From Roseibacillus sp. (GTDB lineage: Bacteria > Verrucomicrobiota > Verrucomicrobiia > Verrucomicrobiales > Akkermansiaceae): 64,000 nt of DNA. Location of the stretch: the NCBI GenBank assembly GCA_965242925.1, contig CBDEUM010000022.1, positions 239,993 to 303,992 of the forward strand, in the 5' to 3' direction. Below are positions 55,301 through 64,000 of the stretch, one piece after another. The notes beneath the pieces were generated by a model, which saw nothing but the letters and a program-made list of their open reading frames with translations, was not told the DNA's origin and did not search any database. The position numbers and the translations under genes were made by a program. How positions within the stretch are numbered: the first letter of the stretch is position 1; each line of letters opens with the position of its first letter.

Positions 55301-57998
55301 CACCCCTTGCAAACGAGCCATTCTGCATCAACTCCTGGGCCGCCCCATCGGGATCACGCACCACGCTCACATCATCGATGAGAACTTCGCCCGCTCGCAA
55401 CATTCCGAGACGAAACTCATTCCAATTGGACAGGCCGTAACTCTGCCCTCCGTTGTCGCGGTAGACAATTGTCTGCCATCCCTGTTTGTGATCTTCCGCG
55501 CTCGCCGCCCAGGCACCTGGATTGCTGTTGTCGGCGTCCGGATCGCGCAGCTCTAGGCTCGAGCCATCGCCATCAGCGAGATCGGGCCAACGTCCACCCT
55601 CCACGTAGCGTACTTCATCAACCGGATTCTCCACCGCGTCCTCCAAGCGAATCAAGTCCATGCTGTTGTTGAGTCGATTGCGGTAGTCCCCGAGAATCTT
55701 GCCCGCCAGCGCAGGATATTTCGCGCCCAGAGCGGCTGCATCCTTGGCCACCAAGAGATACTCGCCTGCTCCAATGCGGGTGTCCGCGGGAAAGGCAAAG
55801 TCGATCCCGCCATCGATCGACCACCCGGTGAGATCCACCTCCTCTGTTCCTCTGTTGTAGAACTCCACCCATTCTTCATCCCGCTCCACGATCGGCTGGG
55901 GATTGCTCGACGGCTCGAGCTCAAAGATGGCATCCAGGGCCAATCCGAAGACGATGTCCGAGTCGACCGGGTTGTACTGGTGCACCTCCACCGAGAGACG
56001 ATTCTTGCCCACCACCAAATTACCGATGGGCAGATCGAAGGGGCCTTCGTAGTCCGCGTTCCGCACCAGGGTGGCGGCCAGGGTCGTCGGGGTGATGGGA
56101 CCTCCCGGCATATTGAAGCGATCGACCTCGGCGCCATTGATGGAGAAGACCGCCCCATCATCGATGACATGCCAGAGTTCCAGACTCAAGGAGCGGGCCA
56201 ACTGCGCCGCGGTGAGGGTGAACTCCTTCTCGAAGTAATAGCTCACGATCGAGGTCTGCACCGGATCCGCGAGGGTCGTTCGGAGCGGTTCAGGCAGGCT
56301 TCCAAACTCAAAACCGAGCGGGGCCGGGCCGGAGAACCAATCGACGCCATTAACCAGGTGCGAGTTGATCGCCCAATCGGCGGGCAATGCTGCTCCGCTT
56401 TCGTTGTAGCGCCAGCTTCCACCGATGGGAATGAGCTCCACCCTCTCCTGGATCGACTCGACTCCCTGCGTGCCCGGGTCTTCCCGGAAGTGGTACATGA
56501 TCTCGTTGATCACGATGTCCGAGTTGATCGCGAAGGTATTGGCCGAGCCGAAGCTGGGAGCATCCGGGACCAGCATCTTGTCGTGCGGCGCCGACCAGGC
56601 CCGGGGCAGATCATCAGCCCGAACCGCGTGCACGAGCGCACTTTGTCCCGGCGAAAAGAGAAAGAGCCGGTCGCCATTGGCCGGTCGAAAACCCAGCGTG
56701 GCTTCATCGATGACCAGGAATTCTCCTCCGCCAAGCGAGACCGGTGCCGGGATGGTGTAGCTCTCATCGGTCACCCCGCGCGAAGCCAGGACAAATCCTC
56801 CGGCCACAAAATCCCTCTCGCTCGTGTTTTCGATTTCGATTCTGAACACTGCGTCGCCGGTCCCCGGGATCTCGCTGATGAGCAAAGGAGCAGTGGTCGC
56901 GGTCCCTGCAATCTGCGTCATGCTCAACTCTGCTCCGAAGACGATATCGCTGCTGTTGGAAGCCTGTTGGTGAACTTCCACCGAGAAGCGGTTGGAACCG
57001 GCCACCAGGGGAGCCCCATTCAACTCGAAGGGCCCTTCGTAGGCGGCTTCCCGCACCACCGCGTTGGCGGTCTCGGAGGCCGCCACCACCCCGGAATCGA
57101 CGTTGAAGCGCGGAGCCACTTCGATTCCGTTGAGATAGAAGACGGCTCCATCGTCGATGACATGACGCAGGAGCAGGCGATCGATGTTGGCCACCTGATC
57201 CGCACTGAGATTGAAGTCGATTTCGAAATAGTAAGTGATGATGCCGTTGCCTGCCGGATCTTGGAAGGTCGTCTGCAAGCTCTCCGGCAGCTCCCCCAGC
57301 GAAGTTTCAAACCCCAGGAGAGCTGGCCCCGACGACCAGCCGCGTGCCGCACCAGGGCGGCTCGCCCACCCTTGCGGGAGTTCAACCCCGCTCTCGTTGT
57401 AGCGCCACGTCGCATTGATTGGGACAATGACAAGCTCCGGACCGGAGTTCCCGTCCGTCGGGAAGTTCGGCGCGCCCGGCGTGCCATCGACCTGGGCGCT
57501 CGCGCGCCAGTTGGCCGGCTCCGCGCTGGCGCTGTCCTCATCCGCCTTGGCCAGGGTTGCACCGGAACCATCCGGACCAATCGGCCACACACCACGATCG
57601 CCGAAGTCCACTTCGTCCATCCGGCGCCCCGAGTTGTTGCGCAACCGCAAACGCTCGCCTGCATTCGAAAGACTTCCCACCCACGGCCCAAGTGCTCCCT
57701 GACCCAGGGCAGCCGGATCGTTCGCCACCACGAGATAGCCCCCCGCCGGCACCACCGTGCCCGCCGGAAAAACATAGTTGGCGCCTCCCGTCAGTCGCCA
57801 TGCGGACAGATCGACATCGATCGCCATCTGGTTGTGCAATTCAATCCACTCCGCGCCCGCCGGATCCCAGGGATGATACTGAATCTCGTTGAAGACCACC
57901 ACGCTGTCCGCCTGCAACTGCACAGCCGCGAGAATACTGAGCACGCCCATGACGAGCGCGCGACATGATCGTCGCTGGGAATCGGGGTCGGGGGTCAT
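52368..57998 (-). CDS. Large secreted lamin-tail-domain / CotH kinase protein (1876 aa)
   Basis: Four LTD starts (VVFNEIQYHP, LLISEI, IVINEIMYH, LRITELHFNP); CotH-like VGVRLRGSG and HN..MY...LPWDGDF; tail DANGDGMANIWNYAAGLDP. Confidence 0.88.
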   Translation of the reverse strand: MTPDPDSQRRSCRALVMGVLSILAAVQLQADSVVVFNEIQYHPWDPAGAEWIELHNQMAIDVDLSAWRLTGGANYVFPAGTVVPAGGYLVVANDPAALGQGALGPWVGSLSNAGERLRLRNNSGRRMDEVDFGDRGVWPIGPDGSGATLAKADEDSASAEPANWRASAQVDGTPGAPNFPTDGNSGPELVIVPINATWRYNESGVELPQGWASRPGAARGWSSGPALLGFETSLGELPESLQTTFQDPAGNGIITYYFEIDFNLSADQVANIDRLLLRHVIDDGAVFYLNGIEVAPRFNVDSGVVAASETANAVVREAAYEGPFELNGAPLVAGSNRFSVEVHQQASNSSDIVFGAELSMTQIAGTATTAPLLISEIPGTGDAVFRIEIENTSERDFVAGGFVLASRGVTDESYTIPAPVSLGGGEFLVIDEATLGFRPANGDRLFLFSPGQSALVHAVRADDLPRAWSAPHDKMLVPDAPSFGSANTFAINSDIVINEIMYHFREDPGTQGVESIQERVELIPIGGSWRYNESGAALPADWAINSHLVNGVDWFSGPAPLGFEFGSLPEPLRTTLADPVQTSIVSYYFEKEFTLTAAQLARSLSLELWHVIDDGAVFSINGAEVDRFNMPGGPITPTTLAATLVRNADYEGPFDLPIGNLVVGKNRLSVEVHQYNPVDSDIVFGLALDAIFELEPSSNPQPIVERDEEWVEFYNRGTEEVDLTGWSIDGGIDFAFPADTRIGAGEYLLVAKDAAALGAKYPALAGKILGDYRNRLNNSMDLIRLEDAVENPVDEVRYVEGGRWPDLADGDGSSLELRDPDADNSNPGAWAASAEDHKQGWQTIVYRDNGGQSYGLSNWNEFRLGMLRAGEVLIDDVSVVRDPDGAAQELMQNGSFARGADAWRIIGNHRHSKVVGEPGNPGNRVLHLIATGATDTRHNHLETTFINNTSITSAQVYEVSFRARWLAGANQLNSRCYYQRLARTTPLERPEQCGTPGAVNSRAEGNIGPTVSELRHDPPVPAAGSGITIRADVSDPDGLGELVLKARYDEGQEQTHDFLVGADGKGTGVLPGASAGTVIQFWIEALDALGASSMAPAAGPDSRALIQVEDGQGTGGGLQEIRLIMLDSDRNFLLQNLNLMSNERLGGTAIYNREKITYDVGVRLRGSGAGRARDGSSVRSFSIGFPDDQLFRGVHGSIGADRSARSPVSRRPDEMYIKHMFNHAGVPCMYDDLVHMIGPSATYTGIAMLQMARYGPLFTSTQFENGGNGSVMNLDITYDPTSGSVEGLKSPVPFTHIGTDIRDLGDSKEDYRTSFEIRTGRRRDDYASLMAFCQTMSLPTAELDAQIESVMDVDEWMRYTALTLLCGIGDTFVNGGLRHNIRMYAPPGLGQVVALPWDGDFVFSSSTSASMLPGGGNLRRVVDIPRFRRLYWGHVHDLVSTTYNGSYMSAWMTHYGSVMGANLASQLNYIRSRRNHALNQLPREVPFRITTNNGQGFSVRGTQAVLEGKGWINVREIRLLNRPARAPSETALPLEWIDDDTWRLQVPVLPGPNDIQLGIYDFSGAQLATANLTITSTSTEPQPVDFLRITELHFNPAGSDATEFVEMKNIGVQSLAIGGVHFADGITFTVPDNTTINAGAFGLVVRDRTAFELLHGPGLPILGEFDPDALSNDGERIELRDVSGNVIHDFTFADTWYSAADGGGCSLVVRDENAALATWNTAEGWALSGQAGGTPNGGDGSFSIQFAGWQREHFTPEQLAMPAISDPLGDANGDGMANIWNYAAGLDPWLPLPAAFQPTAELVGDRLRLRVRVAKNAVDLQIAAGFGSDLATWNSVLVPLGDPIDEGDGTETLVFEDVQAGGVRRFAREQLTLSLP

Positions 57999-58048
57999 TG
58001 GGGGGATGGGAAACCTCGCGCACCTAACTCATCGAGGCAAGCGGTCAA

Positions 58049-60616
58049 TTACGGCACCGTTATGACGACATCGTCGATGTACCAGCCCGGAAAATGGAAG
58101 TCTCCGTCACTCTGGAGACGAAACTCCATCTTGACCGACTTGCCCAGAGCGGCTGCCGGGATTGCCTTGGTGACTTTCTCCCAATCGCCGGCGAATCCCG
58201 TGATATCGGTTTCAATGACCGCCAGCACCGAGTTGTCACTGGCGTCGAGGATCGATAACGAGCCAAGGTCGAACACGACTTGTGCACTCGGCTCTTCGAT
58301 GTCCTTGAACTGATGGTAGCTCAGGGTGGCTCCCCCCGCGTTGGTGAGATCGATGGCCGGCGAAAGAAGCCAGACGTTGGCGTCGAATCCGTAATCGGAA
58401 TCCAGGTTGGTCCCGAAGCAGTTGGCGAGACTGTTGGCCGCCAATGGCCCGACGACCGAGGGCGATCCCAGTTGCCAGGCGGTCCCCTCGCGGCCATCCG
58501 AACCGGCCAGCCATTCACCGATTCCATTCTCGAAGTTGTCCGAGTAAATGACCTCCGGCGGGGCGGGAAACTCCTCTACCACAAAGAAGCGCGCGGTCTC
58601 GGCAGGCATGGGGAAGGTCACCGAGTTTTCCGGCGGCGTGGCCGCGAGGTCCTGGTTGCCATCGAAGATGGGCCAGGTGATGGGATCGCCCGCGGAGAGA
58701 TCCGCCTCGCTGCGCACATTGTAGAGTCTCCCATCCTGGCTGTTCCACCGGATGGTGAGATCACCAGTGACGGCGTCGTGGCTAATGTTGAGGGTCGGCC
58801 CCACCGGCGGCACGGTCACGCCGTAGAGCTCGATCTCGTCGATGCCGATTCCGGGGTCGGGAACGATGATGCGCACCCCGGTCGCCACGACGGGATCACC
58901 GCCGTCGGTCCCGATCTGGTACTGGTGGCGCAACCACTCGGTGAAGAGACCGCCGAGTTCGTTGTCGGTGCCATTACCACCGGTGTAGCTGAAGTCCGCA
59001 ATGGATGTCCAGTCATTGTCCGCCGTCGTTTCATCAGGATCTGCCACCGTGGTGAACTGCAAGGTGTAGTTGCCGATGCTCCGGTCGTCCACCTGGCCAC
59101 CGCAGCAGTCTGTGCCAGGAGCGCTGTCATCGATGGCGCCATTTCCATTATCGCGTCCCCAGGCGATCCCGGTTAGCGCGGTCGGCCCCGGCAGGGCAAT
59201 CCCCATGTGACCGGGACTAGGCCCTTGGCCGTTGATATGGCTGTCGGCATTGCCGTAAAATCCATCGTTGAGATTCGCCACCGCATGCGGCGGGAAGTGG
59301 AACGATACCGGCGAGCTTGCAAACGGCGTGCCGCCATTGGTCGCCAGCGCCAAGTTATCCGGAACCAGTGCCCCGCCGGGCGGCGGATTCTCATCGAAGT
59401 AATCGCCGTCGTTGCCATCCCAGGTCGCCGTGAAACCAGCCGCGGGGGTAATTACTAGAGCCGGCGGCGGCGGCGGCGGCGGCGGAACATAGGGGGCCTC
59501 ATAGATCTCCAACTCATCGATCGCGGCGCCATCCGGCGTCAGGAGACGGATGCCGGTGATCTGCCGGGTTCCAATATTGAAGCGGTGCCGTAGGTGGGGA
59601 TTGGCGGGATCCCCGTCGCTGTGGATGATGATCCCGATGGTCAGCCAGTCGCCGTCCGGGGTGGTCTCATCCGGATTGGCCACATCCGTGACCTGCACCG
59701 TATACTCGCCGAGGGAACGATCGTTTTCGGCATCCGTGTTGTCTCGACCAAAGGCGATACTACTGACGGTCACCTCGACGCCTCCCAGGCTGATCCCGGC
59801 GAAGCTGTCTGCAGTCGCACCTACCCACGCGCTCCCGTCCCCGGAGGTCTCGTCGTTCAGGCTGCCGACCGAGCGTCCGGCCAGCGTGTCGTTGGCAAAG
59901 GCGGTGCCGGCCGCAGCCAGATTGCCGACCCCGGCCCCACCCCCTTCCTCAAGCGGAGCAAATTGGGGTAGTGCCCCGTCCGAATAGACCTCGATCTCGT
60001 CGATGCAGGTTCCGGTGGTCGGCGTAACGATTCGAATCCCGGTCGCTGACACCGCGGCATCCAGCGTGTAGAGGTGCCGGTAGGTGTTGGGAAAAGAGTT
60101 GAAGGGAATATTGATCGACCCGATGGTCGACCACTCGTCGTCAGGGGTATTAACGTCCGGGTCCGGAGTAGTGGTCAGTTGGATGTAATAGTCTCCCTGG
60201 GTCCGATCCGCAAACTCGTCGCCCTTGTTACTGCGGCCAAAGGCGAAGGAAGTGATGTTGATCGCGGCGGTGCCCGCAAAATCAATGCCGGCAAAGGTCG
60301 TGTTCACCACCGTTGCGCCCACGTCGATGTCCCGCGTCTGCACTCCGATCCAACTGTCAGCGTTGCCGTAGCGGCCGTTGTTCAATCCGGGAATCGAGTG
60401 GGGCGGACTGTGGCCGACGTCGATCGCGAAGGCTACCGCGCCGTTGCCAGCAGTCGCGGCATTGGGGGGGACGATCCCGGAGGACACGAGCGGTCCGTCC
60501 ACTCCATCCCAGGTGAACTGCGAGTCGGCAGCCACTGTCACCTCGGCCTCTACCACGCTGGCGATCCACGGGAAAACTGCGAGACACAACAGGATACAGG
60601 TTGAGTTTCTTTTCAT
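58049..60616 (-). CDS. Secreted protein with three discoidin/F5-8C-like domains, a poly-Pro linker and a C-terminal beta-sandwich module (paralog A)
   Basis: Signal peptide; three repeats of NLA...LN(D/N)G.YGN..SW...FGR...DR..G.Y..Q.T...IDE.E.Y; C-terminal LLSPAIDL...GWYIDDV. Confidence 0.8.
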   Translation of the reverse strand: MKRNSTCILLCLAVFPWIASVVEAEVTVAADSQFTWDGVDGPLVSSGIVPPNAATAGNGAVAFAIDVGHSPPHSIPGLNNGRYGNADSWIGVQTRDIDVGATVVNTTFAGIDFAGTAAINITSFAFGRSNKGDEFADRTQGDYYIQLTTTPDPDVNTPDDEWSTIGSINIPFNSFPNTYRHLYTLDAAVSATGIRIVTPTTGTCIDEIEVYSDGALPQFAPLEEGGGAGVGNLAAAGTAFANDTLAGRSVGSLNDETSGDGSAWVGATADSFAGISLGGVEVTVSSIAFGRDNTDAENDRSLGEYTVQVTDVANPDETTPDGDWLTIGIIIHSDGDPANPHLRHRFNIGTRQITGIRLLTPDGAAIDELEIYEAPYVPPPPPPPPALVITPAAGFTATWDGNDGDYFDENPPPGGALVPDNLALATNGGTPFASSPVSFHFPPHAVANLNDGFYGNADSHINGQGPSPGHMGIALPGPTALTGIAWGRDNGNGAIDDSAPGTDCCGGQVDDRSIGNYTLQFTTVADPDETTADNDWTSIADFSYTGGNGTDNELGGLFTEWLRHQYQIGTDGGDPVVATGVRIIVPDPGIGIDEIELYGVTVPPVGPTLNISHDAVTGDLTIRWNSQDGRLYNVRSEADLSAGDPITWPIFDGNQDLAATPPENSVTFPMPAETARFFVVEEFPAPPEVIYSDNFENGIGEWLAGSDGREGTAWQLGSPSVVGPLAANSLANCFGTNLDSDYGFDANVWLLSPAIDLTNAGGATLSYHQFKDIEEPSAQVVFDLGSLSILDASDNSVLAVIETDITGFAGDWEKVTKAIPAAALGKSVKMEFRLQSDGDFHFPGWYIDDVVITVP

Positions 60617-60786
60617 GAGTCTTGTGAATTTGCGAATTAGGGCTCCGCGGATTCAGGCCGCGACCACACATTACCAATCAAGACCTCCGCCTCCCAGGCA
60701 GTCAACCTGATTCGAGATAGTGGGGTTGGGGGTCATTGGGGGGACGGGAAACCTCGCGCACCTAACTCATCGAGGCAAGCGGTCAA

Positions 60787-63288
60787 TTACGGCACCGTTA
60801 CGACGACATCGTCGATGTACCAGCCCGGAAAATGGAAGTCTCCGTCACTCTGGAGACGAAACTCCATCTTGATCGACTTGCCCAGAGCGGCTGCCGGGAT
60901 TGCCTTGGTGACTTTCTCCCAGTCGCCGGTGAATCCCGTGATATTGGTTTCAATGACCGCCAGCACCGAGTTGTCACTGGCGTCGAGGATCGATAACGAG
61001 CCAAGGTCGAACACGACTTGTGCACTCGGCTCTTCGATGTCCTTGAACTGATGGTAGCTCAGGGTGGCTCCCCCCGCGTTGGTGAGATCGATGGCCGGCG
61101 AAAGAAGCCAGACGTTGGCGTCGAATCCGTAATCGGAATCCAGGTTGGTCCCGAAGCAGTTGGTGGGACTGTTGGCCGCCAATGGCCCGACGACCGAGGG
61201 CGATCCCAGTTGCCAGGCGGTCCCCTCGCGGCCATCCGAACCGGACAGCCATTCACCGATTCCATTCTCGAAGTTGTCCGAGTAAATGATCTCCGGTGGG
61301 GCGGGAAACTCCTCTACCACAAAGAAGCGTTCCGTCTCGACAGGCATGGGGAAGGTCACCGAGTTTTCCGGTGGCGTGGCCGCGAGATCCTGAAACCCTC
61401 CGAAAATCGGCCAGTCGATCGGAGCGCCCGCGGAGAGATCCGCCTCGCTGCGCACATTGTAGAGTCTCCCATCCTGGCTGTTCCACCGGATGGTGAGATC
61501 ATCAGTGGCAACGTCGTGGCTAATGTTGAGGGTCGGCCCCACCAGCGGTGCGGCCGCCCCGTAGACCTCGATCTCGTCCACGGCGTTTCCGTAGGGAGTG
61601 ACGATCCGGATGCCGGTGGCATTCTGCGGGGAGTTCAAAGTATACTCATGCCGGGAGGGGTTGGGAAAATCGTTGGAGGGAATATTGATCGACCCGATGG
61701 TGTTCCAGTCGCCGTCCGGGGTATCAACGTCCGGGTCCGGAGTAGTGGTCAGTTGGACAAAATACTCTCCCTGGGTCCGATCCGCAAACTCCTCGCTTTT
61801 GTTGCTGCGGCCGAAGGCAAAGGACCCGATGCGGTAGGTGCTGGAGCCCGCAAAATCGATGCCGGCAAAGGTGGTATTGACGGTCGTACCACCGCCCACG
61901 TCGATGTTCCGCGCCGTCAATCCGATCCAACTGTTAGCGTTGCCGTAGAGGCCGTCGTTCAATTTGGGAACCGAGTGGGTCGGTGTGTGGCCGCTGTCGA
62001 TCGCGATGGGCAGGGATCCGTTGCTCGCCAAGGCCAGGTTGTCTGGCACGATTTGCGAGGGTACGAGTGGTCCGTGGACTCCATCCCAGGTGAAGAGCGA
62101 TCCGGTAGCAACCCAGTCGGACACCGGTGGGGGAGGCGGGGGAGGCGCAACCCAGGGGTCCTCATAGATCTCCAACTCGTCGATCGCGGCGCCATCCGGC
62201 GTCAGGAGACGGATGCCGGTGATCTGCTGGGTTCCAAAATTTATGCGGTGCCGCAGGTGGGGGTTGGCGGGATTCCCGTCGCTGTAGATGATGGTCCCGA
62301 TGGTCAGCCAGTCGCCGTCCGGGGTGGTCTCATCCGGATTGGCCACATCCGTGACCTGCACCGTATATTCGCCAAGGGAACGATCGTTTTCGGCATCCGT
62401 GTTGTCCCGACCGAAGGCGATGCTACTGACACTCACCCCGACGCCTCCCAGGCTGATCCCGGCGAAGCTGTCCGGGGTGGCGCCGATCCAGGCGCTCGCG
62501 TCCCCGGAGGTCTCGTCGTTCAGGCTGCCGACCGAACGTCCGGCCAGCGTGCCGTTGGCAAAGGCGGTGCCGGCCGCAGCCAGATTGCCGACCCCGGCCC
62601 CACCCCCTTCATCAACCGGAGCAAATTGGGGTGCTTGGGGTTCTCCCCCGTCCCCATAAACCTCAATCTCATCGATGGCGACTCCGTAGGGAGGGACGAT
62701 CCGGATGCCGGTGGCATTCTGCGGGGAGTTCAAGATATACTCATGCCGATAGGTGTTGGGAAAATCGTTGGAGTCTATGTTGATCGTCCCGATGGTGTTC
62801 CAGTCGCCGTCCGAGGTATTAAGGTCCGGGTCGGGAGTGGTGGTCAGTTGGATGTGATAGTCTCCCGTGGTCCGATCCGCAAACTCGTCGCCTTTGTTAC
62901 TGCGGCCAAAGGCGAAGGAAGTGATGCTGATCGCGGCGGTGCCCGCGAAGTCGATGCCAGCAAAGGCGGTATGGACGATCTCTCCACCGCCGATGTCGAT
63001 GTCCCACCCGGTGTGGCCGATCCAGCTGTTAACGTTACCGTAGAGGCCGTTGTTCAGACCGGCGACCGAGTGAGTTGGGCCGTGGCCAGCGTCGATCGCG
63101 ATGGGCAGGGATCCGTTGCTCGCCAAGGCCAGGTTGTCTGGCACGATTGCCGAGGGTACCAGTGGACCGTGGACTCCGTCCCAGGTGAACTGGGAATCGG
63201 CAGCCACCGTCACTTCTGCCTCTGCCACGCTGGCGATCCAAGAGAATACCGCGAGACTCAGCAGGACACAGGTTGAGTTTCTTTTCAT
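60787..63288 (-). CDS. Secreted discoidin-like repeat protein (paralog B)
   Basis: Same architecture as paralog A. Start MKRNST at 63288 by alignment with A. Domain 3 is a copy of domain 1. Confidence 0.8.
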   Translation of the reverse strand: MKRNSTCVLLSLAVFSWIASVAEAEVTVAADSQFTWDGVHGPLVPSAIVPDNLALASNGSLPIAIDAGHGPTHSVAGLNNGLYGNVNSWIGHTGWDIDIGGGEIVHTAFAGIDFAGTAAISITSFAFGRSNKGDEFADRTTGDYHIQLTTTPDPDLNTSDGDWNTIGTINIDSNDFPNTYRHEYILNSPQNATGIRIVPPYGVAIDEIEVYGDGGEPQAPQFAPVDEGGGAGVGNLAAAGTAFANGTLAGRSVGSLNDETSGDASAWIGATPDSFAGISLGGVGVSVSSIAFGRDNTDAENDRSLGEYTVQVTDVANPDETTPDGDWLTIGTIIYSDGNPANPHLRHRINFGTQQITGIRLLTPDGAAIDELEIYEDPWVAPPPPPPPVSDWVATGSLFTWDGVHGPLVPSQIVPDNLALASNGSLPIAIDSGHTPTHSVPKLNDGLYGNANSWIGLTARNIDVGGGTTVNTTFAGIDFAGSSTYRIGSFAFGRSNKSEEFADRTQGEYFVQLTTTPDPDVDTPDGDWNTIGSINIPSNDFPNPSRHEYTLNSPQNATGIRIVTPYGNAVDEIEVYGAAAPLVGPTLNISHDVATDDLTIRWNSQDGRLYNVRSEADLSAGAPIDWPIFGGFQDLAATPPENSVTFPMPVETERFFVVEEFPAPPEIIYSDNFENGIGEWLSGSDGREGTAWQLGSPSVVGPLAANSPTNCFGTNLDSDYGFDANVWLLSPAIDLTNAGGATLSYHQFKDIEEPSAQVVFDLGSLSILDASDNSVLAVIETNITGFTGDWEKVTKAIPAAALGKSIKMEFRLQSDGDFHFPGWYIDDVVVTVP

Positions 63289-63380
63289 AGCTCTTGTGAA
63301 TTTGCGGACCACGGCTCCGCGGGTTCAGAAGGATGTCGAATTGCCATCTAAGAGATCCGCCTCGCAGCAGTCAAATCGAA

Positions 63381-64000
63381 TCAGTTGCCGTCCGGTGCCT
63401 GCTCGCGTTCTCGATAAGGTTCGCCTCGCTGATAAAGATCGATTTTATCTTGGATTTGCGAAGCAAGTTTCTCCTGCCCGGCAGCCCGAGCCAACGAGAC
63501 GGCTTGGCGGGCAGTGGTAATAGCCGCTTCGAAGCGGCCGGAGGCAGCCTGGGCCACCGCAAGAGTATCGAGATGTTCCGGTTTCTTTCCATCGGTCTGA
63601 CCCACCAGCCTGATCGCCAGCCGAAGGGCCTCGTCGGCGTTGCGAATCGCGTCGTCCGGGTGGGTGGCCAGAATCCACGCCAGGTTGTTCAGGGCGGAGG
63701 AGTAATCGGGAGCCAGCTCGAGCACGGAACGAAAACTGTCGATCGCCTCGGCGGTCTGGCCGGCGAGCAATTGCAAACCACCGAGCGCCTCGAGGGCAGG
63801 GACATGATTGGCCTGCAGGCGGACCGTTGCTTCGAACTGGTCCCGGGCCTGCGCCAGATTCCCCAGATGTTGATGGGCCAATCCCAGGGCGTGATGACCG
63901 GCTGGATCTTGCGCCCGGCTTTCGACATAGCTGGCGAAGTGCGGAAGCGCCCCGGCCCAATCTCCCCGCTTCGCGAGCAAGCGCCCGACGTTGCGTTGGG
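63381..64000 (-). CDS. TPR-repeat protein, C-terminal part (truncated by the window edge)
   Basis: Frame is open to the edge; TPR helices and ALNNLAWILATHPD...LDTLAVAQAASGRF motif. Confidence 0.88.
   Translation of the reverse strand, partial: QRNVGRLLAKRGDWAGALPHFASYVESRAQDPAGHHALGLAHQHLGNLAQARDQFEATVRLQANHVPALEALGGLQLLAGQTAEAIDSFRSVLELAPDYSSALNNLAWILATHPDDAIRNADEALRLAIRLVGQTDGKKPEHLDTLAVAQAASGRFEAAITTARQAVSLARAAGQEKLASQIQDKIDLYQRGEPYREREQAPDGN

Larger units (their letters stand above)
57990..63329. repeat. Tandem gene duplication (~57990-60657 vs ~60728-63329)
   Basis: Near-identical 3' ~800 bp including the downstream spacer, plus highly similar middle domain, signal peptide and upstream region (cttgtgaatttgcg...ggctccgcgg.ttcag). 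Confidence 0.93.

Noticed and set aside
59462..59485. (CGG)8 microsatellite as a phase-variation switch
   Set aside because: Triplet unit encoding the poly-Pro linker; slippage would change linker length only.
57990..61540. Diversity-generating retroelement TR/VR pair
   Set aside because: Both copies are coding ends of full genes, the mismatches inspected go both ways and include T/C on the coding strand, and there is no reverse transcriptase in the window.

Overview
A GC-rich 64 kb chromosomal window. It is most likely from a Verrucomicrobiota (Verrucomicrobiales-like) bacterium, inferred from PVC-typical families (DUF1501, PSD1/PSCyt cytochrome c, PVC-type CxxCH dehydrogenase, LTD-CotH proteins, DUF1080). 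The first ~25 kb is mostly housekeeping: nusA-infB-rbfA-[insert]-nrnA-truB-ribF, tRNA-Lys, cdsA-dxr, mtnP, an L,D-transpeptidase and an ABC exporter. The rest is accessory: secreted and periplasmic enzymes, a partly AT-richer amine-catabolic block (31.8-39.0 kb), and a minus-strand cluster of large secreted proteins (48-64 kb). Main observations: (1) a two-gene insert in the nusA operon encodes a repeat-tailed lipoprotein and a class III nucleotidyl cyclase-TPR protein with non-canonical base-selecting residues, preceded by a long GU-supported RNA hairpin with an alternative helix; (2) a gamma-glutamylation operon is divergent from an aminophosphonate-oxidase-like flavoenzyme; (3) two tandem, mosaic discoidin-repeat proteins share their domain, circularly permuted, with a downstream cytochrome c/PSD1 protein, and an orphan third copy of their C-terminus lies 10 kb away; (4) nusA carries a 22-unit 18-bp repeat with a 1-bp frameshift. 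No transposase, integrase, reverse transcriptase or CRISPR array was seen. All functional calls rest on recalled motifs, not database searches.
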